Shown in pieces: positions 19,448-27,140 of a stretch of DNA of 32,000 bases. The notes under the pieces are model-generated. The model did not search any database, was not told the DNA's origin, and saw only the letters and a list, made by a program, of their open reading frames with translations. Position 1 is the stretch's first letter, and each line of letters starts with the position of its first letter. Location: contig NZ_LN831039.1 in assembly GCF_001457595.1 (NCBI RefSeq), positions 2,130,001 through 2,162,000 on the forward strand, in the 5' to 3' direction. The position numbers and the translations under genes are program-made. The stretch comes from Mycolicibacterium smegmatis. GTDB lineage: Bacteria > Actinomycetota > Actinomycetes > Mycobacteriales > Mycobacteriaceae.

Positions 19448-20613
19448 TGCACCCGCAGGCCAACGGAAAGTCATTGCCGCTGAGCGGGATCACCGTGCTG
19501 TCGCTGGAACACGCGGTCGCCGCGCCGTTCGCCACGCGGCAACTCGCCGATCTCGGCGCACGCGTGATCAAGGTCGAACGGCCGGGCTCCGGTGATTTCG
19601 CGCGCCAGTACGACGATTCCGTCAACGGCGAGTCGAGCTACTTCGTGTGGCTCAACCGGTCCAAGGAGTCCATCGCGCTCGACGTGAAATCCGAGCACGG
19701 GCACCGGGTGTTGCATGAACTGGCCGACCGCGCCGATGTCGTCGTGCAGAACCTGGGCCCGGGCGCGGCGGCCCGGCTGGGGTTGGCGGCCGAGGACATC
19801 CGGGCCAAGGACCCGCGCAAGATCGTGGTGTCGGTGACGGGATGGGGCAGCACCGGTCCATGGGCCGATCGCAAAGCGTATGACCTGCTGGTCCAGTGCG
19901 AGACGGGACTGGTCTCGTTGACCGGTACCCCCGACGAGGTCGCCAAGGTCGGGGTGTCGATCGCCGACATCGCCGCGGGCATGTACGCCTTCAGCGGCAT
20001 CCTGGCCGCGCTGTACCGCCGCGAGATCACCGGTGAAGGCGCCGTCATCGAGGTGTCGTTGTTCGAGGCGCTGGCCGAATGGGTGGGCCAGCCGGCACAT
20101 TTCACCGCCGGTGCGGGACGTCAGCCCGGCCGGTTCGGCGCCCAGCACGCGACCATCGCACCGTACGGCCCGTTCGAGGCCGCCGACGGACACACCCTCC
20201 TCATCGCGATCCAGAACGAGCCGGAATGGGCGCGGTTCTGCACCACCGTGCTCGGGCGCCCCGAGGTCGCGGAGGATCCGCGATTCGCGTCCAACACGCA
20301 ACGGGTGGCGAACCGGGCGGACGTCAACGCCCTGATCTCCGAGGTGTTCTCGTCACATCCCACCGACGAGTTGGAGTCCCGGCTGACCGAGGCGCGCATC
20401 GCCTTTGCGGGCGTCAACACGGTCAGCGAGTTCCTCGACCATCCGGTGCTCGCGGCCCGTGACCGTTGGCGCTCCGTCGAGACCGAGAACGGACCGGTGC
20501 GCGCCCTGCTGCCACCGCTCGATCTCGGTACCGAAGTGAGGATGGATCCGGTTCCCGCGCTGGGGGCGCACACCGCCGCGATTCTCGCCGAACTCGGCCA
20601 TGGCGACGATTGA
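19447..20613 (+). CDS. Family III CoA-transferase (CaiB/BaiF/Frc type), 388 aa
   Basis: LSGITVLSLEHAVAAPFATRQLADLGARVIKVERPGSGDFAR is the class III N-terminal signature, followed later by ...YDLLVQCETGL.... The start overlaps the previous stop by 1 nt. Confidence 0.9.
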   Translation: MHPQANGKSLPLSGITVLSLEHAVAAPFATRQLADLGARVIKVERPGSGDFARQYDDSVNGESSYFVWLNRSKESIALDVKSEHGHRVLHELADRADVVVQNLGPGAAARLGLAAEDIRAKDPRKIVVSVTGWGSTGPWADRKAYDLLVQCETGLVSLTGTPDEVAKVGVSIADIAAGMYAFSGILAALYRREITGEGAVIEVSLFEALAEWVGQPAHFTAGAGRQPGRFGAQHATIAPYGPFEAADGHTLLIAIQNEPEWARFCTTVLGRPEVAEDPRFASNTQRVANRADVNALISEVFSSHPTDELESRLTEARIAFAGVNTVSEFLDHPVLAARDRWRSVETENGPVRALLPPLDLGTEVRMDPVPALGAHTAAILAELGHGDD

Positions 20614-20621
20614 GAGTTGAT

Positions 20622-21476
20622 ATGAACTCCCTTGAACAGTACGTGGAGAACTGGCGCCCGGGCCCGGTCGTCAGCACCGACCTGCTCGGCCCACAGGCCG
20701 CGGGAAACCTCGCGGCCACACTGGATCTGGATCACGTCCCCGGCGCGGGTGAGGTTCTGCCGGCCCTGTGGCACTGGGTCTACTTCCTGGACTGGCCGCC
20801 GACCGCCGCGCTCGGCACCGACGGGCACCCACGTGACGGTCACTTCATGCCGCCGATCCCGCACCGCCGCAGGATGTTCGCCGGTGGACGCCTGGAGATC
20901 AACGAACCCTTGCGGCTCGGCGAGGCGGCCACGCGGCACTCCGAGGTGGTTTCCACCGCGGTCAAGAGCGGCAAGACCAGTGAACTGATGTTCGTCACTG
21001 TGCGCCACGAGTTCAGCCAGGGCGGTCAGCTGCGCATGACCGAGGAACAGGACCTGGTGTACCGCAGTGATCCGGGTTCGAGCACGCCGTTCACACGGGT
21101 CACCGAACCGCTGGCAGAGCGCACCACCCCGTGGGCTGCCGAACCCGCGACACATCCGGCGCTGCTGTTCAGGTTCAGTGCCGTGACCGCGAACTCACAC
21201 CGCATCCACTACGACGCCGAGTACACCTGCGGTGTCGAAGGCTTTCCGGCGCTCGTGGTCCACGGACCGCTGCTGGTGCTGTACATGGCCGAACTGGCGC
21301 GGGCACACAGCACGCGACCCATCAAGAACTTCCGATTCCGTTTGACCAAGCCGGTTTTCGTCGGTGACGCGATCCGTGTACAAGGCACCCCGGCTGCCGA
21401 CGGCGCCGCCGCTGAACTGGCGGTGGTGACTGGTTCCGGAACAGTTCACGCGAGCGCACAGGCCGAGTACGCGTGA
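20622..21476 (+). CDS. Double hot-dog MaoC-type (R)-specific enoyl-CoA hydratase, itaconyl/mesaconyl-CoA hydratase-like, 284 aa
   Basis: ATG 20622; the tracked ORF start at 20466 overlaps the CoA-transferase. The C-terminal half has FSAVTANSHRIHYDAEY...GFPALVVHGPL, the MaoC dehydratase motif. Confidence 0.8.
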   Translation: MNSLEQYVENWRPGPVVSTDLLGPQAAGNLAATLDLDHVPGAGEVLPALWHWVYFLDWPPTAALGTDGHPRDGHFMPPIPHRRRMFAGGRLEINEPLRLGEAATRHSEVVSTAVKSGKTSELMFVTVRHEFSQGGQLRMTEEQDLVYRSDPGSSTPFTRVTEPLAERTTPWAAEPATHPALLFRFSAVTANSHRIHYDAEYTCGVEGFPALVVHGPLLVLYMAELARAHSTRPIKNFRFRLTKPVFVGDAIRVQGTPAADGAAAELAVVTGSGTVHASAQAEYA

Positions 21477-21604
21477 ACGCCCGGTACACCACCGACACGC
21501 TCAGGACGGCCAGATCGTTCCTGTTCGTACCGGGCAACCGGCCAGAGCGGTTCAGCAAGGCAGTCGCGGCGCAGCCGGATGTGGTCGTGCTCGACCTGGA
21601 GTGA
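21473..21604 (+). pseudogene. Truncated 5' remnant (43 codons) of a CitE/HpcH-family acyl-CoA lyase gene
   Basis: GTG 21473 overlaps the hydratase stop (GTGA). The translation VNARYTTDTLRTARSFLFVPGNRPERFSKAVAAQPDVVVLDLE* matches the CitE N-terminus and stops where the LDLED Asp is expected. Only 37 nt separate it from the convergent GntR stop. Confidence 0.6.
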
Positions 21605-21641
21605 TGCTCGCTCGTGGCCGCAGCGTCTCGCACCTGGCGAA

Positions 21642-22325
21642 TCAGCCGAGGGTTCCGCTCGCAGCGAGGTGTTCGGCCAGCAGTGTGCCCGCACGGCGGA
21701 TGTGTTGAGCCATGGCTTCTCTGGCGCCCTCGGCGTCACCCGAGCGCAGCTTCTCGATGATCGCGCGGTGATCGTGCGCCGACGCCTCCGGCCAGCCTTC
21801 GACCGCGGCGAAGAACTTCCGCGGGGCGTAGGGCAGTGTCGCCTTGATCAGCCAGCGGATCTTCCGCGACCCGGACAGCCGGTAGATGGTCTGGTGGAAC
21901 CGGTGATTGAGCCGTTCGACGTCGTCGTAGTCCTTGCCCGCGGCGGCCTGCTCGAGCTGGGCCTGGATGTTCTCGAGTTCTTCCACCAACTCCGCGGTGA
22001 TCACGCCCGCGGCGCGTGCCGTCAACTCACCGCCGAGCAGGGCCTGGGCGTCGTAGACGTCACGGATGTCCTCGCTGGACAACGCCGTCACCGAGAAACC
22101 CTTGCGGGGTTCGATGGTGAGGAAGCCCTCCGTCTGCAACAGCAGCAGACCCTCGCGGGCCGGTGTGGCGCTGATGCCGAGGTCGTCGGCCACCGTCTCA
22201 GGCCGGATGAACTCACCGGCCCGAAGCTGACCCGACACGATGAGTTCACGCACGTGAGCCGCCGCGAGATCACTGAGCCGCAGCGGCGGTGTGCGCTTGC
22301 GATCGGTCGCGGCCGTCGGTCTCAC
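21642..22325 (-). CDS. GntR-family (FadR/FCD subfamily) transcriptional regulator, 227 aa
   Basis: wHTH LRAGEFIRPETVADDLGISATPAREGLLLLQTEGFLTIEPRKGFSV plus a helical FCD-like C-terminal domain. I prefer GTG (complement of 22323-22325) over the tracked TTG at 22367, because the extra 14 codons lie in an AT-rich, promoter-like stretch. Confidence 0.85.
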   Translation of the reverse strand: MRPTAATDRKRTPPLRLSDLAAAHVRELIVSGQLRAGEFIRPETVADDLGISATPAREGLLLLQTEGFLTIEPRKGFSVTALSSEDIRDVYDAQALLGGELTARAAGVITAELVEELENIQAQLEQAAAGKDYDDVERLNHRFHQTIYRLSGSRKIRWLIKATLPYAPRKFFAAVEGWPEASAHDHRAIIEKLRSGDAEGAREAMAQHIRRAGTLLAEHLAASGTLG

Positions 22326-22331
22326 GGTTTG

Positions 22332-22358
22332 AATATAGTCAATTTTCTGTAGTAGAAC
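22332..22358. promoter_or_regulatory. Divergent promoter/operator. It contains a minus-strand TATATT -10 box (22332-22337) and the plus-strand motif ATAGTCAATTTTCTGTAGTAGAAC (22335-22358).
   Basis: TATATT ends 6 nt before the GntR GTG, which is leaderless geometry. The motif shares 19 of 23 aligned positions with 18259-18281. Confidence 0.45.
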
Positions 22359-22516
22359 CGGCAGCAACGCGCAGCGTCTCCGCGCTGACGCAGGTCACCG
22401 CGCCGACGTCCCCGGCGCTCGGCGGATGTGGCCGACGGTCACCCAACTGCCAGGCGCGGGGAATAGCCTGGGGTCGGCGGGCGATGCACACGGTGATCAA
22501 CAGTCAGGGGACAGGC

Positions 22517-23347
22517 ATGAAAATCGGCATCTCGACCTTCGTCAACGACGACACCATCGATGCGGTGACGCTTGCCCGCGCGATCGAGGAACGCGGCTTC
22601 CATTCGTTGGTGATCGCCGAGCACTCACACATCCCGGCCAGCCGCGAGTCGGCCTATCCGGGCGGAGACGAGCTGCCGCAGAAGTACTACCGCACGCTCG
22701 ACCCGTTCGTCACGCTGGCGGCGGCCGCGGCGGTGACGACGAAGATCGAGCTGTTCACCGGCGTGGCCCTGCTGATCCAGCGCGACGTCATCCACACCGC
22801 GAAGGAGGCCGCGAGCGTCGACCTGATCTCGAACGGACGGTTCGTCTTCGGTGTCGGCGCCGGCTGGAACCTGGAGGAGATGCGCAACCACGGCACCGAC
22901 CCGAAGACGCGCGGGCGCCTGCTCGACGAACAGATCGAGGCGATCAAGGCGTTGTGGACGCAGGAGCCCGCCGAATACCACGGCAAGTACGTGGACATCG
23001 AGTCGTCGTACATGCGTCCCAAACCGGTGCAGAAGCCGCACCCGCCGATCTACATCGGAGGCGCGTCCGAGGCCACCGTCAAGCGCGTGATCCGCCACGA
23101 CGCCGGATGGATCTCCAACCCGTTGCCGGTGGACTTCTTGAGCAAGTTCGTGACACAGATGCGCGACGGTCTGGGTCACGAGGTCCCGCTCGCGCAGTTC
23201 GGCACGCCGGCGGATCCGGAGTACTGGGGCGCGGTCGAAGAACTCGGGTTCGGACAGATCGCGTTGTTGCTGCCGACGCTGCCGACCGACGAATCCCTGC
23301 GCATGCTCGACGACTACGCGACCGCGGTGGAGAAATACCGCGGGTAG
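22517..23347 (+). CDS. LLM-class (luciferase-like) F420-dependent oxidoreductase, 276 aa
   Basis: MKIGISTFVNDDTIDAVTLARAIEERGFHSLVIAEHSHIP... and GRFVFGVGAGWNLEEM are typical LLM/F420 signatures. The tracked start at 22289 runs through the promoter region. ATG 22484 is a possible alternative start. Confidence 0.85.
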   Translation: MKIGISTFVNDDTIDAVTLARAIEERGFHSLVIAEHSHIPASRESAYPGGDELPQKYYRTLDPFVTLAAAAAVTTKIELFTGVALLIQRDVIHTAKEAASVDLISNGRFVFGVGAGWNLEEMRNHGTDPKTRGRLLDEQIEAIKALWTQEPAEYHGKYVDIESSYMRPKPVQKPHPPIYIGGASEATVKRVIRHDAGWISNPLPVDFLSKFVTQMRDGLGHEVPLAQFGTPADPEYWGAVEELGFGQIALLLPTLPTDESLRMLDDYATAVEKYRG

Positions 23348-23358
23348 GGGACCTGCCT

Positions 23359-23389
23359 GACGTCGGCGAATTTGCGGGTTGCCGACGTC
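23359..23389 (+). terminator. Perfect 9-bp inverted repeat GACGTCGGC-N13-GCCGACGTC just after the LLM stop. It could be a tail-less terminator or an RNA-stabilising hairpin.
   Basis: Read directly from the sequence. No T-run follows, so the function is uncertain. Confidence 0.3.
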
Positions 23390-23484
23390 GCGCGCCGTCG
23401 ACGGTGATCGGAAGTCGGCACCGCAGGGTTGACGCTGTAGCTAAGCTGTCAAGCCAAGCGCCGACCCCGAGGGGGAATCCGAGC

Positions 23485-25245
23485 ATGACTTTCGACAAGG
23501 TGATCCTGGGCGGCCGTCTGTTCGACGGCACCGGCGGTCCATCTGCCCTGCGCAACATCGGCATCCGCGACGGCCGCGTCGCCGCGATCACCGCCGACGC
23601 CGTCGAGGGCACCGAGACCGTCGACGCCAGCGGGTGCTGGGTGATGCCCGGCATGATCGACATCCACACCCACTACGACGCCGAGGTGCTCGCCGCGCCG
23701 GGGCTGACCGAGTCGCTGCGCCACGGCGTCACGTCCATCGTGATGGGATCGTGCTCACTGTCGACGGTGCACGTCAACGGATCCGAGGCCGCCGACCTGT
23801 TCGGCCGCGTCGAGGCCATCCCGCACGAGCACGTGGTGCGCATCGTCGGCGAGCACAAGACCTGGAACAACGCCGAGGAATACATCGAGGCGCTCGAGGC
23901 GCGGCCGCTGGGGCCCAACGTCACGGCGTTCATCGGTCACTCCGACATCCGCGTCGCCGTCATGGGCCTGGACCGGGCCACCCGCAAGGATGTCCGCCCC
24001 ACCAAGGCCGAGCAGGCCCGCATGGAACAGATGCTCACCGACGCGCTCGACGCCGGATTCATCGGGTTGTCCTCGCAGCAACTGCTTTTCGACAAGCTCG
24101 ACGGCGACGTGTGCCGCTCGCGCACGCTGCCTTCCACCTATGCCAGGGCGAAAGAACTGCGCCGGCTCAAGTCGATCCTGCGGCGACGTGACCGCACACT
24201 GCAATCCGGGCCCGACATCAGCCATCCGCACAACATCGTCTCGCAGGCGTTTCAGTCCGTGGGCATCGGCAGGCCGCGCCTGAAGACCAGCCTGCTGGCT
24301 GCTGCCGATATGAAATCCACGCCGGGCGGCATGTGGTTCACGGTGGCGCTGGCGGCGATCGCCAACCGGTTGGGCGGGGACTTCCGCTTCCAGCACCTGC
24401 CGGTCCCGTTCGAGGTGTATGCCGACGGCATCGACCTCGTGATCTTCGAGGAGTTCGGATCCGGCGCTGCGGCACTGCATCTCAAGACCGAGATGGAGCG
24501 CAACAAGCTGCTTGCCGACGAGGGCTACCGGCGCCGGTTCCGCAAGGACTACGACAACAAGTTCGGCCCGCGGGCCTGGCACCGCGATTTCTTCGACGCC
24601 GAGATCGTGGCGTGCCCGGACCCCAGTGTGATCGGCAAGAGTTTCGGCGACGTCGGTGTGGAACGCGGCCGCCTGCACCCCGTCGACGCGTTCCTTGACC
24701 TCGTCCTCGAGCACGGCAGCCAACTACGTTGGCGCACCACGATTTCCAACCACCGTCCGAAAGCGCTGCGGCAGTTGGCGGTCAGCAGCGGAATCCAGGT
24801 CGGCTTCTCCGACGCCGGCGCGCACCTGCGCAACATGGCGTTCTACAACAGCGGGCTGCGCCTGCTGCGCCACGTCCGCGACGCCGGGTTCATGAGCGTC
24901 GAGGACGCCGTGTACCGGCTCACCGGTGAACTCGCCGACTGGTACCACCTGGACGCCGGACATCTGCGGATGGGGGACTGGGCCGACGTCGTCGTGATCG
25001 ACCCGCAGTATCTCGACGCCGGCCTCGACGAGTACCACGAGGCCCCCGTGGAGGCGTTCGGTGGGATGCAGCGCATGGTCAACCGCAACGACCGCACCGT
25101 GAAAACCGTTCTGGTGGCCGGTCATACGGTGTTCGCCGAGGGCACGCCCACCGAACTCGTCGGCCGACGGCGCACCGGCAGCTTCATGCGCGCGGACGGC
25201 AGACCACGCAACGCGCCACTGCGCCGCGAGAGTGTTGCCGTATGA
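23485..25245 (+). CDS. D-aminoacylase / N-acyl-D-amino-acid deacylase-family amidohydrolase, 586 aa
   Basis: ATG 23485 with GAGGGGG upstream. The N-terminus VILGGRLFDGTGGP...IRDGRVAAI...DASGCWVMPGMIDIHTHYD is the family signature. The 353-codon upstream part of tracked ORF 22426..25245 overlaps the LLM gene out of frame. Confidence 0.85.
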   Translation: MTFDKVILGGRLFDGTGGPSALRNIGIRDGRVAAITADAVEGTETVDASGCWVMPGMIDIHTHYDAEVLAAPGLTESLRHGVTSIVMGSCSLSTVHVNGSEAADLFGRVEAIPHEHVVRIVGEHKTWNNAEEYIEALEARPLGPNVTAFIGHSDIRVAVMGLDRATRKDVRPTKAEQARMEQMLTDALDAGFIGLSSQQLLFDKLDGDVCRSRTLPSTYARAKELRRLKSILRRRDRTLQSGPDISHPHNIVSQAFQSVGIGRPRLKTSLLAAADMKSTPGGMWFTVALAAIANRLGGDFRFQHLPVPFEVYADGIDLVIFEEFGSGAAALHLKTEMERNKLLADEGYRRRFRKDYDNKFGPRAWHRDFFDAEIVACPDPSVIGKSFGDVGVERGRLHPVDAFLDLVLEHGSQLRWRTTISNHRPKALRQLAVSSGIQVGFSDAGAHLRNMAFYNSGLRLLRHVRDAGFMSVEDAVYRLTGELADWYHLDAGHLRMGDWADVVVIDPQYLDAGLDEYHEAPVEAFGGMQRMVNRNDRTVKTVLVAGHTVFAEGTPTELVGRRRTGSFMRADGRPRNAPLRRESVAV

Positions 25246-26135
25246 CCGCCCCTGAGCGGCTCACCCTGGATCTGCCGCACCTGCGATTCGCGGCGCTGGC
25301 GTGGGGCCCGAAGGACGGCCGGTTGATGCTGTGCCTGCACGGCTACCCGGATTCGGCATGGACGTGGCGGCACCTCGGCCCGCACTTTGCGGCACAGGGC
25401 TTTCGGGTGGTTGCGCCGTTCATGCGGGGCTACGCACCCACCGAACTGGCCCGTGACGGTGACTACGGCCTCGGCGCGCTGATGTACGACGCGGTGACGC
25501 TGCACGAGGCGCTCGGCGGGACCGGTGACGCCGTCCTGGTCGGCCACGACTGGGGCGGGCTGGCGTCGGCCGGCGTCGCGGCGTATCCGAAGAACCCGTT
25601 CGGCACGGTGGTGTCGATGGGTGTGCCCGTGGTGGCGGGCATGCGGGATGCGGGCAATCGGCGCAGGCTGGCCCCGCTGTTGCCGGTGCAGATGCGGATG
25701 AGTTGGTACATCCTGTTCCAGCAGATCCCGTGGCTGTCGGAGCGCAACCTCGGCCGGGTGATCCCCAAGTTGTGGCGCGACTGGTGCCCGCCGGGTTACG
25801 ACGCGCGCGAGGACCTGGCCCACCTGTGGGAGGCCCTGCCGGACACCCGCCGGCGTACCGCCGCGCTGGCGTATTACCGCGCCGCGTTGCGGCCCTGGCG
25901 GCGTGGTAGCCATGCCGAACTGGACCGTTACGCCATGACGCAAAACCCCATCTCACCCATGTTGGTGCTGCACGGTCGCCTCGACGGCGCGATCGATGTG
26001 CGCATCGGCACGCTGAGCGCCTCGGTTCTGGTGCCGGGGAGTCGGCACGAGGTCATCGACGGGGCCGGACATTTCATGCACCTCGACAGGCCCGACGAAG
26101 TGCATGCCCTGATCGCGGATTACGCGAATTTGTGA
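25242..26135 (+). CDS. Alpha/beta-hydrolase, epoxide-hydrolase-like (Asp nucleophile), 297 aa
   Basis: ATGA overlap with the previous gene. LCLHGYPDSAWTWRHL (HGxP), VGHDWGG nucleophile elbow, and C-terminal GAGHFMHLDRPDEV. Confidence 0.85.
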   Translation: MTAPERLTLDLPHLRFAALAWGPKDGRLMLCLHGYPDSAWTWRHLGPHFAAQGFRVVAPFMRGYAPTELARDGDYGLGALMYDAVTLHEALGGTGDAVLVGHDWGGLASAGVAAYPKNPFGTVVSMGVPVVAGMRDAGNRRRLAPLLPVQMRMSWYILFQQIPWLSERNLGRVIPKLWRDWCPPGYDAREDLAHLWEALPDTRRRTAALAYYRAALRPWRRGSHAELDRYAMTQNPISPMLVLHGRLDGAIDVRIGTLSASVLVPGSRHEVIDGAGHFMHLDRPDEVHALIADYANL

Positions 26136-26147
26136 TCAATTGCCGTG

Positions 26148-26204
26148 AAAAACAACAGAGCCGGGGCCTTGTGGGCACCGGCTCTGGATTCGGATCCGTT
26201 TTTT
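26148..26204. terminator. Bidirectional intrinsic terminator between convergent genes
   Basis: Perfect 9-bp stem CAGAGCCGG (26156-26164) / CCGGCTCTG (26178-26186). On the plus strand it is followed by a mini-hairpin GGATtcggATCC and a T6 run. On the minus strand it is followed by TTGTTGTTTTT. Confidence 0.6.
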
Positions 26205-26205
26205 G

Positions 26206-26349
26206 TCAGCGGTCCTGGAATTCGTGGCGCTGAGCAATCGCAATCAACTCTTCGCGCACCGTCGAATCGGGGAGCGCATTGATTTTTGCGTACAACCGCC
26301 GCCGGCTGTTGGCGCGCTTCAGGTTGGCGCGGAACTGCGCGAAGGCCAT
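26206..26349 (-). CDS. Untracked small ORF, 47 aa: MAFAQFRANLKRANSRRRLYAKINALPDSTVREELIAIAQRHEFQDR
   Basis: ATG (complement of 26347-26349) is preceded by GAGGAG at 8 nt. 38 of 47 codons end in G or C. The stop lies immediately before the terminator. It is below the 60-aa cutoff of the supplied track. No family recognised. Confidence 0.55.
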   Translation of the reverse strand: MAFAQFRANLKRANSRRRLYAKINALPDSTVREELIAIAQRHEFQDR

Positions 26350-26592
26350 TTCTCTCACTCCTCGTCAAGCGCCCCGGGTCGCGGGGACTTTTTGTCTGTC
26401 TGGCGTTCTCGTGCGGGGATCACCCGCACTTATCGGAACGCCTCAATCGTGCTTGTTAATTTCTTGTAACGCAAATTTTTCGGTGTGAGGTTGGCTACAG
26501 CCGTACAGATTCCTGTCGATAAAGGTGTGCGCCGTCGCAAACTCATTCAGGAGGGGGCTCGATCACTCGAGGCGCGACCGGCCCCCCATTTA

Positions 26593-27042
26593 TCACCGCG
26601 GTTGCGCCGCAGCCTGTTTCTCGGCTTCCGAGGTGACCTCGACGTACTCGGCGACATTCCAATAGAACGCGCGGAAGTCGGTGATCCGCCCGTCCTCCAC
26701 CGTCACCACCTGCACCATTGGGTTGTTGATCGAGCGCCCGGTGACACGTGACCGGGTGTAGAGATTGCACAACACCACCACCTGGTTACCGGACGTGAGG
26801 AATTTCGCGTCCTGGACGTCGACCACATCGAAGTGACGGCTCATCTCGACCGACCAGCCTTTGAAACCCTCGTACCCGTGCCATTCACCGCCCCACGGCA
26901 GATCGGGGGAATGGTGCAGCTGCACGTCGGGGTGCAAGGTCGCGCCCATGCCCTCGAACGATGCACCGGCCGGGACACCTCCGGCGGTCATGTAGATCCG
27001 CTCGGCGGCATAGAACTGCTCGAGCACTTCCTGTGGTGACAT
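26593..27042 (-). CDS. NTF2-like / SnoaL-like domain protein, 149 aa
   Basis: ATG (complement of 27040-27042) with AAAGGAA 8 nt upstream. MSPQEVLEQFYAAERIYM...VVVLCNLYTRSRVTGRSINNPMVQVVTVEDGRITDFRAFYWN is an NTF2-fold pattern. The upstream 239 codons of tracked ORF 26593..27759 overlap the sugar porter out of frame. Confidence 0.8.
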   Translation of the reverse strand: MSPQEVLEQFYAAERIYMTAGGVPAGASFEGMGATLHPDVQLHHSPDLPWGGEWHGYEGFKGWSVEMSRHFDVVDVQDAKFLTSGNQVVVLCNLYTRSRVTGRSINNPMVQVVTVEDGRITDFRAFYWNVAEYVEVTSEAEKQAAAQPR

Positions 27043-27067
27043 GGTGTTGTTTCCTTTTGTTGTCGGT

Positions 27068-27102
27068 GAACCACGGCGGATGCCGATAATTTGCCGTGGT
27101 TC
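27068..27102 (-). other. Perfect 10-bp inverted repeat GAACCACGGC-N15-GCCGTGGTTC between the sugar porter stop and the NTF2-like start
   Basis: Read directly from the sequence. On the transcribed (minus) strand the hairpin ends 25 nt before the NTF2-like ATG and has no U-tail. Confidence 0.4.
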
Positions 27103-27140
27103 GGTTACATGGGATTCATCTTGTATGGGCCAACGTCGTT

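Noticed and set aside
22426-23484. N-terminal 353 codons of the 939-aa tracked ORF 22426..25245, which would make a giant fusion protein.
   Set aside because: This part overlaps the LLM oxidoreductase gene in another frame and is Arg/Pro/Gly-rich. The amidohydrolase signature begins only at ATG 23485, which has its own SD.
26120-26368. Tracked 82-aa minus-strand ORF and the 88-aa plus-strand ORF 26203..26469, both across the small-ORF region.
   Set aside because: The 82-aa ORF runs through the terminator hairpin and has an Arg/Pro-rich, non-protein-like sequence. The 88-aa plus-strand ORF has weak third-position GC bias and no SD. The 47-codon minus-strand frame has both a strong SD and coding-like GC3.
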